This document shows, piece by piece, positions 8,938 through 17,902 of a stretch of DNA of 32,000 nt. Origin of the DNA: an archaeon. Lineage in GTDB: Archaea > Iainarchaeota > Iainarchaeia > Iainarchaeales > JANQMZ01. The notes beneath the pieces are model-generated. The model was not told the origin of the DNA, ran no database searches, and saw nothing but the letters and a program-made list of their open reading frames with translations. The DNA lies in NCBI GenBank assembly GCA_028279805.1, contig JANQMZ010000007.1, positions 150,001-182,000 on the forward strand, read 5' to 3'. Position 1 is the stretch's first letter, and each line of letters begins with the position of its first letter. A program made the translations under genes and the position numbers.

Positions 8938-9846
8938 ATGGCTGGCAAAAAAAAGAAAAAACCAAAAACAAAACTTTTAATTATTGGTTCAAAAAAATAC
9001 AAAAAAAGCACTGTTAAAATGTTATTAGAGGAAGGAAGAAAAAAATTTGACTCAGTTGTTTTTGCTCCCGTGCACAAAATAAGAATAATTGAAGAAAAAG
9101 GCGAATCAAAGCTTTATTATAAGGAAAAAAATTTGAAAAATTTTGACATTGTTTACCCGCGCTTGTCAAGCTTAGATTTTTTCATGGCTGAACCTATTCT
9201 GCAAATTTTGTCAAAATCAAAAGCTTATTGCCCTGTTTCCCTAAAAGGGTTTCAGGTGTCAAACAACAAATATTTAACGATTAAATCCTTAACAGGCAAA
9301 AATGTGCCCATAACTTTAACTTCTTTGTCAATTTCACCAAAAGTTGTAAAGCAAACTGTTGAAAGTTTTGGTTTTCCAGTTGTATTAAAACTAATCTCAG
9401 GTTTTGCCGGAAAAGGAGTAATGCTTGTAAACAGGGAACAGGAATTACAGGCAATTCTGGACACAGTTCACTTGTTTGAACATGTTGTTTCAGCTCAAAA
9501 ATTTATAGAATCAAAAGGCACGGATTTAAGGTGTTATGTTACCGGAAACAAAGTCATAACGGTTGAAAGAAAAAGTGCAGGAGATGATTTCCGGGCAAAC
9601 ATTTCAAGAGGCGGTTCTGCAAAACAAATTAAAACATCCCCTGAACTTGAAAAAATAGCCTTAACTGTTTCAAAATCTTTAAACATGGACATATGTGCTG
9701 TTGACTTTATCAAAACAAGTGAAACAAAAGAAGGATTTATTGTAATTGAAATAAATTTTGTTCCCGGCCCTTTTAGAAAATTTTTAGGAAACAAAATAGT
9801 AAAAGACTGGATTAATTTTCTGCATTCAAAAATTGAAACAGCTTAA
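8938..9846 (+). CDS. RimK-like ATP-grasp ligase
   Basis: FPVVLKLISGFAGKGVMLV, SAQKFIESKGTDLRCYVTGNKV, FIVIEINFVPGPF (ExN motif); tandem with the previous gene. Confidence 0.8.
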   Translation: MAGKKKKKPKTKLLIIGSKKYKKSTVKMLLEEGRKKFDSVVFAPVHKIRIIEEKGESKLYYKEKNLKNFDIVYPRLSSLDFFMAEPILQILSKSKAYCPVSLKGFQVSNNKYLTIKSLTGKNVPITLTSLSISPKVVKQTVESFGFPVVLKLISGFAGKGVMLVNREQELQAILDTVHLFEHVVSAQKFIESKGTDLRCYVTGNKVITVERKSAGDDFRANISRGGSAKQIKTSPELEKIALTVSKSLNMDICAVDFIKTSETKEGFIVIEINFVPGPFRKFLGNKIVKDWINFLHSKIETA

Positions 9847-9851
9847 CAGAA

Positions 9852-11117
9852 TCATTTCTCTTCAATTGTTTCATTTCTCTGCGGACCAATTGAAACAATT
9901 TTTACAGGCAAACCTGTTTCTTTCTCAATAAACTCAATATATTCCAAAGCTTCTTTTGGCAACTCTTCCTTTTTTTTAAAAATATTATTTATTTCAAAGC
10001 CTTTGAATGTTTTGTAAACAGGTTCACATCCTTCAATACTCTGAATTGATGTAGGAGAATCTTTTAACATTTTTTTTCCGCACTTGTATTCAACGCATAC
10101 CTTTATTTCATCCAATCCTGACAAAACATCAAGCTTTGTTAACGCAATTTCAGTCAAGCCATTTAATCTTTTTGACGTTCTGATCATTGGCAAATCAAGC
10201 CAGCCAACCCGTCTTGGCCTGCCGGTTGTAGTGCCAAATTCTCCGCCTTTTTCCCTCAATTTTTCTCCCAAATCGTTTTTTAATTCTGTTAAAAAAGGCC
10301 CTTCCCCGACTCTTGTAGTGTAAGCTTTTACAACTCCTACAACGCTTTTAAGTTTTTGAAAACCTATTCCTGTGCCAATTGTTGCAGAACCTGCAACAGG
10401 ATTTGAACTTGTTACAAAAGGGTAAGTGCCAAAATTTATGTCCAGAAAAGAACCCTGCGCTCCTTCAAAAAAAACTTTTTTGTTTTTTTGCAAAGCTTCA
10501 TGCACTTCAATTGAAACATCTGAGACAAATTGTTTCAATTTTTCTCCAATCGGTGCATATTCTTCAAATATTTCTTCTTCTGTCGGCGTTTCAACTTCAA
10601 AAACTTTTTCCAAAATTTGTCTTTTCAAAGGATAATGTTTTTTCAAATTTGCCTTAAACCTTTTTTTGTCAATTAATTCTTCAAATCTTATTCCCGTTCT
10701 TGCAGCTTTATCAGAATAACAAGGCCCAATTCCCCTGCTCGTTGTTCCAATTTTTTCCTTTCCTTTACTTTTTTCACTTGAAGTGTCAAGCAAAATATGG
10801 TAAGGCATTATTATATGGCATCTTGGATCTACGCCCAGGTCAATTTTTCCGATTGTTTTTTGGGCTATTTCAATTTCTTTAAGCAAAACTTTGGGGTTAA
10901 CCACAACGCCTGCACCAATCAATGAACGTTTTTTGTCAACAACGCCTGACGGGAGCAAATGCAGCTTGAATGTCTTGTTGTCAACAATAACAGTATGCCC
11001 TGCATTGTCTCCTCCCTGAAATCTTACCACAATATCCGCTTTATCTGAAAAATAATCGGTTATTTTGCCTTTTCCTTCATCTCCCCACTGGGTTCCGACA
11101 ATTATTTTTCCGCCCAT
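9852..11117 (-). CDS. purA: Adenylosuccinate synthetase
   Basis: IIVGTQWGDEGKGKITDYFSDKADIVVRFQGGDNAGHTVI; TTSRGIGPCYSDKAAR; TTTGRPRRVGWLD-type motif. Confidence 0.97.
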   Translation of the reverse strand: MGGKIIVGTQWGDEGKGKITDYFSDKADIVVRFQGGDNAGHTVIVDNKTFKLHLLPSGVVDKKRSLIGAGVVVNPKVLLKEIEIAQKTIGKIDLGVDPRCHIIMPYHILLDTSSEKSKGKEKIGTTSRGIGPCYSDKAARTGIRFEELIDKKRFKANLKKHYPLKRQILEKVFEVETPTEEEIFEEYAPIGEKLKQFVSDVSIEVHEALQKNKKVFFEGAQGSFLDINFGTYPFVTSSNPVAGSATIGTGIGFQKLKSVVGVVKAYTTRVGEGPFLTELKNDLGEKLREKGGEFGTTTGRPRRVGWLDLPMIRTSKRLNGLTEIALTKLDVLSGLDEIKVCVEYKCGKKMLKDSPTSIQSIEGCEPVYKTFKGFEINNIFKKKEELPKEALEYIEFIEKETGLPVKIVSIGPQRNETIEEK

Positions 11118-11177
11118 TTATTCCCCAGAAAGAGAACATAACACTAAATTTTTAAAACATTCTAATAAGTGATTATT

Positions 11178-12605
11178 ATGGAGCAAAGCTTAACTTTTGA
11201 TGATGTTCTTCTTTTGCCTGGGTACAGCAAGATTCTGCCCAAAGACGTTTCACTGAAAACAAAGCTTACAAAAAAAATCAGCTTAAACATTCCTCTTATT
11301 TCTGCCGCGATGGACACTGTTACAGAATATGAAACGGCTGTCAGCATGGCACAACAAGGCGGCATCGGAATAATTCACAAAAACATGTCAATTGCAGAAC
11401 AGGCTGCACAAGTCAAAAAAGTTAAAAGAAAAGAATTTTTGATTGTAACAGATCCGGTAACAGTTTCGCCTGATACAACTCTGGCAAAATTAAAAGAATT
11501 AAAAATAAAAAAAGGAGTTTCAACTTTTCCTGTTTTAAAAAACAATAAAGTTGTTGGAATAATAACATCAAGAGATGTTGAATTTGTTTCCGATTTGAAT
11601 AAAAAAGTAAAAAATTTTATGACAAAAAAAGTTGTAAGTGTTAAAAGCAAAATCAGCACAAAAAAAGCAAAACAATTATTGCAAAAACATAAAATTGAAA
11701 AACTTTTAATAATTGATTCAAAAAAAAGATTAAAAGGCCTGATTACCGCATCCGATATTGAAAAAACTGAAATGTTTCCTGATGCTGCAAAAGATTCAAA
11801 AGGAAGATTATTAGTCGGAGCTGCAGTTGGTCCCATGGATGATGAAAGGGCAAAAGCATTGGTTGCAGCAGACGCCGATGTAATTGTTATAGATACAGCA
11901 CACGGCCATTCAAAAAATGTTATAAGCGCGGTTAAAAGGTTTAAGAAAAAATTTAAAGTGCAGATTATTGCAGGAAATGTTGCAACCGGACAAGGTGCAA
12001 AAGCTTTAATGAAGGCCGGGGCAGACGCAGTGAAAATAGGTGTCGGGCCCGGAGCCATATGTACAACAAGAATCATTTCAGGAGTTGGAGTGCCGCAAAT
12101 TTCCGCAATAAAAGAATGTGTTAAAGCTGTTAAAGGCAAAATACCGGTGATTGCAGACGGAGGCATCAAATATTCAGGAGATATAACAAAAGCTTTAGCT
12201 ACAGGTGCAAATTCTGTTATGACCGGCTCTCTTTTTGCAGGCTGTGATGAAACGCCTGGTGAAATTATTTACATGAACAACAGAAAATTTAAGCAATACA
12301 GGGGAATGGGTTCAATAAGTGCAATGAAAAAAGGTTCAAAAGACAGGTATGGCCAAAAACATGTCATTGAAGAAAAAAAATTAGTGCCAGAAGGAATTGA
12401 AGGCACAGTACCATACAAGGGAAAAATTTCTGAAATTATTTTTCAAATGCTCGGCGGCTTAAGAGCCGGAATGGGCATGACAGGCTCTGAAAACATTGAA
12501 CAGTTAAGAAAAAAAACAAAAATGGTTCAGATTACACAAGCATCATTGCAGGAAAGCCATCCCCATTCGGTTCAAATAACATCACAATCACCAAACTATC
12601 CTTAA
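11178..12605 (+). CDS. guaB: Inosine-5'-monophosphate dehydrogenase with CBS pair
   Basis: SLTFDDVLLLPGYS; two CBS motifs; IGVGPGAICTTRIISGVGVPQ; ADGGIKYSGDI; YRGMGSISAM. ATG 11178 preferred over GTG 11169. Confidence 0.97.
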   Translation: MEQSLTFDDVLLLPGYSKILPKDVSLKTKLTKKISLNIPLISAAMDTVTEYETAVSMAQQGGIGIIHKNMSIAEQAAQVKKVKRKEFLIVTDPVTVSPDTTLAKLKELKIKKGVSTFPVLKNNKVVGIITSRDVEFVSDLNKKVKNFMTKKVVSVKSKISTKKAKQLLQKHKIEKLLIIDSKKRLKGLITASDIEKTEMFPDAAKDSKGRLLVGAAVGPMDDERAKALVAADADVIVIDTAHGHSKNVISAVKRFKKKFKVQIIAGNVATGQGAKALMKAGADAVKIGVGPGAICTTRIISGVGVPQISAIKECVKAVKGKIPVIADGGIKYSGDITKALATGANSVMTGSLFAGCDETPGEIIYMNNRKFKQYRGMGSISAMKKGSKDRYGQKHVIEEKKLVPEGIEGTVPYKGKISEIIFQMLGGLRAGMGMTGSENIEQLRKKTKMVQITQASLQESHPHSVQITSQSPNYP

Positions 12606-12653
12606 AACCGTGTTAACCCAACACTTTTATTTATTTTTAACAACATTTTTTAC

Positions 12654-13316
12654 ATGCCTGAAAGTTTTTTGGACTGGGATTCAGGAATAAAAAAAATTTG
12701 CACCAAAATCTCTTCTCTTGCAGAGCAAAAAAATCCCATTATAATAGGAATTACAGGGCCAAGTTGTGCCGGCAAAACAACAATTTCAAAAATTGTTTCA
12801 CAAAAAGTCAACGGTTCCTTGTTGTCAATGGATGATTATTATAAAGAACGGCAAAAAAATGAATATCATAAAAAACTGCAAAAAACTCCTGTTAAAAATT
12901 TTGATTCACCTGATTCAGTTGACATTAAACTTTTTGCAGAACATTTATATCTTTTATTAAACAAAAAAACAATAAAAAAACCTGTGTACGATTTTACAAT
13001 CAGCAACAGAACCGGTTTTGAATCGTTCAGTTCAAATAATATAATAATAACTGAGGGTTTATTTGTTTTCAACCCTGAAATTTCCAAATTTTTAGATTTA
13101 AAAATTTTTTTGGATGCTCCCCGAAATTTAAGGCTTGAAAGAAAAATTGAAAGAGATGTTTTTGAAAGAAACAGAACCAAAGAATACGCTTTAAACCAGT
13201 TTTTGGATAACACTGAACCGTTTGAAAAAAAACACATTTACCCTTTTAAAAAACACGCCGATATTTTAATTCAAAACATAAAAAATTCTGTCTTGACAGA
13301 TAACAATAACATATAA
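12654..13316 (+). CDS. Uridine kinase / phosphoribulokinase-family P-loop kinase
   Basis: IIIGITGPSCAGKTTISKIV Walker A; SMDDYYKERQ; FIITEGLFVF-type region (NIIITEGLFVFN). Confidence 0.85.
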   Translation: MPESFLDWDSGIKKICTKISSLAEQKNPIIIGITGPSCAGKTTISKIVSQKVNGSLLSMDDYYKERQKNEYHKKLQKTPVKNFDSPDSVDIKLFAEHLYLLLNKKTIKKPVYDFTISNRTGFESFSSNNIIITEGLFVFNPEISKFLDLKIFLDAPRNLRLERKIERDVFERNRTKEYALNQFLDNTEPFEKKHIYPFKKHADILIQNIKNSVLTDNNNI

Positions 13317-13386
13317 ATACTACTTTTTGCTTCATTTTAGCGATTTTTATGCCCCAGAATCTAAAAAATTCTGTCTTGACAGATAA
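13279..13386 (+). repeat. Two copies of a 25-nt direct repeat (taaaaaattctgtcttgacagataa) at 13279-13303 and 13362-13386, each with the dyad TCTGTC-TT-GACAGA
   Basis: Exact match of both copies by eye. Copies are 83 bp apart and flank a TATA-like sequence (atataaata, about 13311-13319) and the start of the wHTH ORF. Confidence 0.85.
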
Positions 13387-13663
13387 TACTAATCTTACCG
13401 ATGTGGAAAAAGAAATTTTTGAACTGGTTTTTCACAACTGGCCTTCAACCGCATTGGAAATTGCTGAACATTTTAAGGAAGATTTGTCAACACGTGAAGC
13501 TAAAACTCGTGCTTCAACTAAATATTCTTATTATTTGAAAAAACTGGTTGAAAAAAAGTTTTTGTTCTCAAAAAAAGCCGGCAATGCTTTAATTGTCTGG
13601 CCGATTGAAGTTGAAAAATATCGAACAATGCATAACATTTTCAGGGGCGATATTGATGCTTAA
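13349..13663 (+). CDS. Small winged-helix DNA-binding protein
   Basis: LTDVEKEIFELVFHNWPSTALEIAEHFKED...KYSYYLKKLVEKKFLFSKKAGNALIVWPI; wHTH pattern. Confidence 0.65.
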   Translation: MPQNLKNSVLTDNTNLTDVEKEIFELVFHNWPSTALEIAEHFKEDLSTREAKTRASTKYSYYLKKLVEKKFLFSKKAGNALIVWPIEVEKYRTMHNIFRGDIDA

Positions 13664-14225
13664 CCAGTTTTTTGACAAGTTTATTTTTACAAACGGCATT
13701 AAATACAAGCATTCAAATTTTTTTCTGCACGAAATTCCTTTTTTGATAATGCCTGTTGATTTAATGATTGGCATTGTTGGCAATGAAAATGAAGAATTTC
13801 AACGCGAGTTGTATTATTCTGTTAAAGAATCAGTGAAAAAAAATCTGGTTAAAAGGTTTGGAATTAATTTTAAGTTTGATGAAAAGCAAAAATTTGTTCA
13901 ATTTTTGGAAAAGTTTTTTGTCGCATCCGGTTGGGGTGATATTCATAATGTTGACATTGATTTTGAAAAAAAACGCGCATTGTTAAACTTGAATCATAAT
14001 CCTTTTTCCTCTCATGTCAAACCCAAACCAAAAAATCCGGCGGACCATTTAATGCGCGGAATTTTAGCCGGCATTTTTTCTTTTGCTTTTGATTCCGACA
14101 TTGAATGTGTTGAAGTTGAATGCCTGATTAAAGGAGATAACAGATGTGAATTTGTTTTGCAAAGGCCTAAAGAACTGGATCTGGAAAAAGAAACAACCAG
14201 GAGGCAAATCAGGTTAAAAATTTAA
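13656..14225 (+). CDS. V4R (4-vinyl reductase) domain protein
   Basis: 189 aa from ATG 13656, overlapping the end of the wHTH ORF; VASGWGDIHNVDIDF...PADHLMRGILAGIFSFAFDSDIECVEVECLIKGDNRCEFVL. Confidence 0.75.
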   Translation: MLNQFFDKFIFTNGIKYKHSNFFLHEIPFLIMPVDLMIGIVGNENEEFQRELYYSVKESVKKNLVKRFGINFKFDEKQKFVQFLEKFFVASGWGDIHNVDIDFEKKRALLNLNHNPFSSHVKPKPKNPADHLMRGILAGIFSFAFDSDIECVEVECLIKGDNRCEFVLQRPKELDLEKETTRRQIRLKI

Positions 14226-14310
14226 TTTTTTGCCAAAAATTTGGTTTTTGAATTAAAAGCAAGTTTTTTATAGCAGAAATGGCATTATTAATCAATTTAA
14301 AGGTGTACAA

Positions 14311-15057
14311 ATGAACAGAAGTCAAACAGGAATTGAAGGATTGGATAAGGCTTTAAACGGCGGTATTCCTGAAAAAAACATTGTTTTGGTTTCAGGCGGA
14401 GCCGGAACAGGTAAATCCACTTTGTGCTTGCAGTATTTGATTAATGGTGCTTCAAAATTTAACGAAAAAGGCTTATACATCAGCACCGAGCAAAGCGATA
14501 AGGAATTAAAAAAACAGGCAGCCGGTTTTGGCTGGGACCTAGAAAAACTTGAGAAAGAGGGCAAAATCAAGCTTGCTTATTTTGATGTTACAGGTGGTGA
14601 CAGTTTTATGAAAAGAATTCAGGAATTGTTTGACGAATTCAAGCCTCAAAGAATTGCTGTTGACTCTTTAACAACTTTAACAGATTCTTTAATGATTTCC
14701 GACATGACAGATGAAACTTCTTTTTCTCTGGTTCAGGTAGCTGAATCTGTTTCACCAATTCCAAGAACAGAACAAGTCATAGCAAAAACAATTTTATACA
14801 AATTAATCAAAGAAATCAGAGAATTTGGAGTAACAACGCTTATGACATCTGAATTATTTGAAGGAATTACTAGGCTAAGTGCCGACGGTGTCAGCGAGTT
14901 TATAACTGATGGTGTTTTTTTACTTTATTATTGGGAAATTGGAGAAGTAGAAGAACACGCTATGAAAATAAGAAAAATGAGATATACAAAGCATGAAAAA
15001 GGAGTGATGAGATATTCGATAGAAAACGGAATCACGTTAAAGAAGGAAAATGAATAA
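14311..15057 (+). CDS. Single-domain KaiC/RadA-superfamily ATPase
   Basis: GIEGLDKALNGGIPEKNIVLVSGGAGTGKSTLCLQYL (Walker A); FKPQRIAVDSLTTLTDS (Walker B); GVTTLMTSE. Confidence 0.9.
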   Translation: MNRSQTGIEGLDKALNGGIPEKNIVLVSGGAGTGKSTLCLQYLINGASKFNEKGLYISTEQSDKELKKQAAGFGWDLEKLEKEGKIKLAYFDVTGGDSFMKRIQELFDEFKPQRIAVDSLTTLTDSLMISDMTDETSFSLVQVAESVSPIPRTEQVIAKTILYKLIKEIREFGVTTLMTSELFEGITRLSADGVSEFITDGVFLLYYWEIGEVEEHAMKIRKMRYTKHEKGVMRYSIENGITLKKENE

Positions 15058-15060
15058 ATT

Positions 15061-15630
15061 ATGGATATTTTAAAAAAATTGTTAATGATGAAGGAAATCC
15101 GATTTGAAGAAGGTGTGATTACCTTGCTTAACAATCGAACCGTTATGAATTCCATATCTCTTCCTGTTGGAATAGGAATATTTTTGGAAAAAAACCCTGA
15201 GATGATTCCAAAAATTTATGAAGAAATTAAAGAGGAACATAGAAGAGGTTGGGGTAAAACAATTGATGAAAAATATAAAATGAAACCAATAGAGTATTTG
15301 AATGAAATGTTTGAAACAAGTAATTTAGCAGGCTGGGGGAAAACCGAATTTGTTGATTTTGACGAATCAAACACAAAAGGGACTTTTAGGACACTGAGGG
15401 CCCCTATTGCCGAGGCACTAAAGGGAAAAGCAAAATTACCAACTGAACATTTATGGAGAGGAATGGCTGCAGGAACTGCTAGTGTTATTTTTAAAAAAAA
15501 TTTAGATTTTATTGAAACAAAATGTCTTGCTTTAGGTTCTAATTATTGTGAATATAAATTTTTTCCTAGAAAAAAAGTCACAAGTGAAATAAAAAAAGAG
15601 TTTGGTTATCAAGTTAATTTTAATATTTAG
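15061..15630 (+). CDS. V4R domain protein (second copy)
   Basis: 189 aa; NLAGWGKTEFVDFDE...PTEHLWRGMAAGTASVIFKKNLDFIETKCLALGSNYCEYKFF; 3 bp after the KaiC-like gene. Confidence 0.75.
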   Translation: MDILKKLLMMKEIRFEEGVITLLNNRTVMNSISLPVGIGIFLEKNPEMIPKIYEEIKEEHRRGWGKTIDEKYKMKPIEYLNEMFETSNLAGWGKTEFVDFDESNTKGTFRTLRAPIAEALKGKAKLPTEHLWRGMAAGTASVIFKKNLDFIETKCLALGSNYCEYKFFPRKKVTSEIKKEFGYQVNFNI

Positions 15631-15638
15631 GCGATAGC

Positions 15639-16235
15639 TTGGATTTTTTAAACATTGAAACAAAATGTGTATATTCTCACGTAAAAAATTATTTTAAGAA
15701 TTCCAAAAATCAAGATCCTGCTCACGGTTTAGACCATTTAATAAGAGTGTACAAAAATGGAATGTTAATTTCAAATAATAAAGAAATTAATTTTAAAATC
15801 TTAGAACCTTCACTGTTGTTACATGATATTGTCAAACCATTAGGAAAAAATAAAGTACTAAATTTAACACTTAAAAAATCTAAAGAAATATTGTCTAATT
15901 GCAAATATAATTCTGAGCAAATTAGAGAAATATTATATACAATTGAAACACACAGTAGAAGTGATTTAAGAATTAAACCTAAGACCTTAGAAGGAAAAAT
16001 AGTTTATGATGCTGATAAAATAGATGGTGTTGGGCAAATTGGAATAAATCGAGTTAAAAAAATGGGCAAAAAATTAAATTGGACAGAACAAAAAATGGCC
16101 ACATGGTATAAAAAAAGAATTTTAGATGTTGTAGAAAATGAACCTTTTTATTTTAAAAAAAGCAAAAAAATAGCAAACCAAAGAATTGATCTTTCTTTGG
16201 AATGGTGTGAAAAAATCTTGCTCAAGAAAACATAA
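15639..16235 (+). CDS. HD-domain phosphohydrolase-like protein
   Basis: DPAHGLDHLIRVYKNG...LEPSLLLHDIVKPLGK...IETHSRSD...EGKIVYDADKIDGVG. TTG start at 15639 assumed. Confidence 0.8.
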   Translation: MDFLNIETKCVYSHVKNYFKNSKNQDPAHGLDHLIRVYKNGMLISNNKEINFKILEPSLLLHDIVKPLGKNKVLNLTLKKSKEILSNCKYNSEQIREILYTIETHSRSDLRIKPKTLEGKIVYDADKIDGVGQIGINRVKKMGKKLNWTEQKMATWYKKRILDVVENEPFYFKKSKKIANQRIDLSLEWCEKILLKKT

Positions 16236-16327
16236 TCTTGTGTTTCAGAGCGTTAACAGAATAAATAAATATGACAATTAATATATTCCGTATGTTGTTG
16301 ATTTTATTTGAAATAATGGGTGTGTGA

Positions 16328-17005
16328 ATGGGCAGACATGTTTTAATAATTCCTGATGGAAACAGAAGATACGCTAGACATCATGGTATGAGTAATGAAC
16401 AGGTTTATGCTTTTGTTGCCAAAAAGACAACTGTTGATTTGATGAAATATTTTTTAATCGATAGAGAATTTTCTGATTTTAGTATTTTTTTGTTGTCTAG
16501 AAGTAATTTAACTAGAAGAAGAAACGAGGAAGTTGATCCCATTATTGAAGCTCAGCAAAGAATGTGTTATGATTTAATGGATGATCCTTTTTTTGAAGAA
16601 AAAAACATAAAGTTTAATGTTTATGGAGATATGAGTATTTTGCCTGGGAGATATAGAAGAGCTTTAAAAAGATTGGTTGAAAAATCGGAACATAGAGTTG
16701 GTAAAAATTGTAATTTTTTGGTTGCTTATGATGGAACTTATGAACTGATTAGTGCAGTTAAAAAAATTAATGGAGATTTTGAAAAAATAAATGAATCAAA
16801 TTTTTACAATTATTTAGATTTAAATAAATCTGTAGATTTACTTATAAGGACTGGTTTTGAAAAAAGGCTTTCAGGTGCTCCATTGCCTCAAACATCTTTT
16901 TCAGAACTTTATTTTGCAAGTTTTTATTATCCCCAATTTACTGTTGAAAAAGCTGAGGCAATAATAAAAGAATTTGACAAAAGAGACAGAAGATTCGGAA
17001 AATAA
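16328..17005 (+). CDS. Divergent cis-prenyltransferase (undecaprenyl/polyprenyl diphosphate synthase family)
   Basis: HVLIIPDGNRRYARHHG; VDLLIRTGFEKRLSGAPLPQTSFSELYFASFYYPQF. Confidence 0.85.
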   Translation: MGRHVLIIPDGNRRYARHHGMSNEQVYAFVAKKTTVDLMKYFLIDREFSDFSIFLLSRSNLTRRRNEEVDPIIEAQQRMCYDLMDDPFFEEKNIKFNVYGDMSILPGRYRRALKRLVEKSEHRVGKNCNFLVAYDGTYELISAVKKINGDFEKINESNFYNYLDLNKSVDLLIRTGFEKRLSGAPLPQTSFSELYFASFYYPQFTVEKAEAIIKEFDKRDRRFGK

Positions 17006-17006
17006 G

Positions 17007-17030
17007 AAAATCAACCATTTGGTTGATTTT
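17007..17030 (+). promoter_or_regulatory. Site A: perfect dyad AAAATCAACC-ATTT-GGTTGATTTT upstream of the paralog array
   Basis: 10-bp arms; ends 32 bp before the first regulator start; abuts a TATA-like TTTTTTAAG. A terminator for the upstream gene is the alternative reading. Confidence 0.6.
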
Positions 17031-17062
17031 TTAAGCTTTTTGTTGCCATAAAGATAAACAGG

Positions 17063-17902
17063 ATGGCTAATCAGATACTATTACCACATTTATCCTGGAA
17101 TGAAAAATCAGCTAAGGGCACGATTATTGGTGTTTTAGCCAATGAATGGCCTCTTTCTACAAAAGAGGTTTTTAATCGGCTGAAAAAACGACATTCTTTC
17201 TCTGTTTCCTATCAAGCTGTTCACAAGGCTTTGAATGAGTTGGAAAAAGCTGAAATAATAAAAAAAGAAAACAAAAAGTATTCTTTGCACAGGAAATGGA
17301 TTGAAAACATTAAATTTTTTGCAAAAGATTTGGATTCAAAATATAAAAACAATACTAAAGCAACACCCTATTCTGAAGGAACTATTACGCTAACATTTGA
17401 TTCAATAGCAAATCTTGGAAGATTTATCATATACGATTATTTGCATGGAGATTATAATCCAAAAGGAAAGGATTGTGTTTGTTTGTGGAATCATTGCTGG
17501 CCTTTGATTGGTTTAAGTGATCAAGATCACCAAAAAATAGTTGATGCACTGGACATAGCTACACACTATTCTATAACAAAACAAAACACTTATTTGGATG
17601 ATTTGTTCACAGAAAGCTTAAACAAAATTGGTAAAAAATGCAAAACTGGAATTGACTATTTTGGATTAGGAGATTACATAATTGAAGGGGATTATGTTCT
17701 TCAAACAATTTATACTCCGAAATTTGCAAAATACTGGAACAAAGTTTACAAAACAACAAACAAAGAAACAATGGACATCGCAAAAATGTTCAAATTGTAT
17801 AACAAAAAAACAGAAATAACCGTAGTAATATTCAAAAACCAGCAATTTGCAGACAAATTAAGACAAGAAACTTTAAAACATTTTAGCGAGGGTTCAAAAT
17901 GA
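17063..17902 (+). CDS. Winged-helix regulator paralog 1
   Basis: LANEWPLSTKEVFNRLKKRHSFSVSYQAVHKALNELEKAEIIKKENKKYS; C-terminal NHCWPL and ITVVIFKNQQFADKLRQETLKHF. Confidence 0.8.
   Translation: MANQILLPHLSWNEKSAKGTIIGVLANEWPLSTKEVFNRLKKRHSFSVSYQAVHKALNELEKAEIIKKENKKYSLHRKWIENIKFFAKDLDSKYKNNTKATPYSEGTITLTFDSIANLGRFIIYDYLHGDYNPKGKDCVCLWNHCWPLIGLSDQDHQKIVDALDIATHYSITKQNTYLDDLFTESLNKIGKKCKTGIDYFGLGDYIIEGDYVLQTIYTPKFAKYWNKVYKTTNKETMDIAKMFKLYNKKTEITVVIFKNQQFADKLRQETLKHFSEGSK

Noticed and set aside
11375-12169. 264-aa minus-strand ORF antisense to guaB
   Set aside because: guaB is unambiguous on the plus strand. The antisense frame is open because of codon bias and low-complexity AT-rich sequence; no recognisable motifs.
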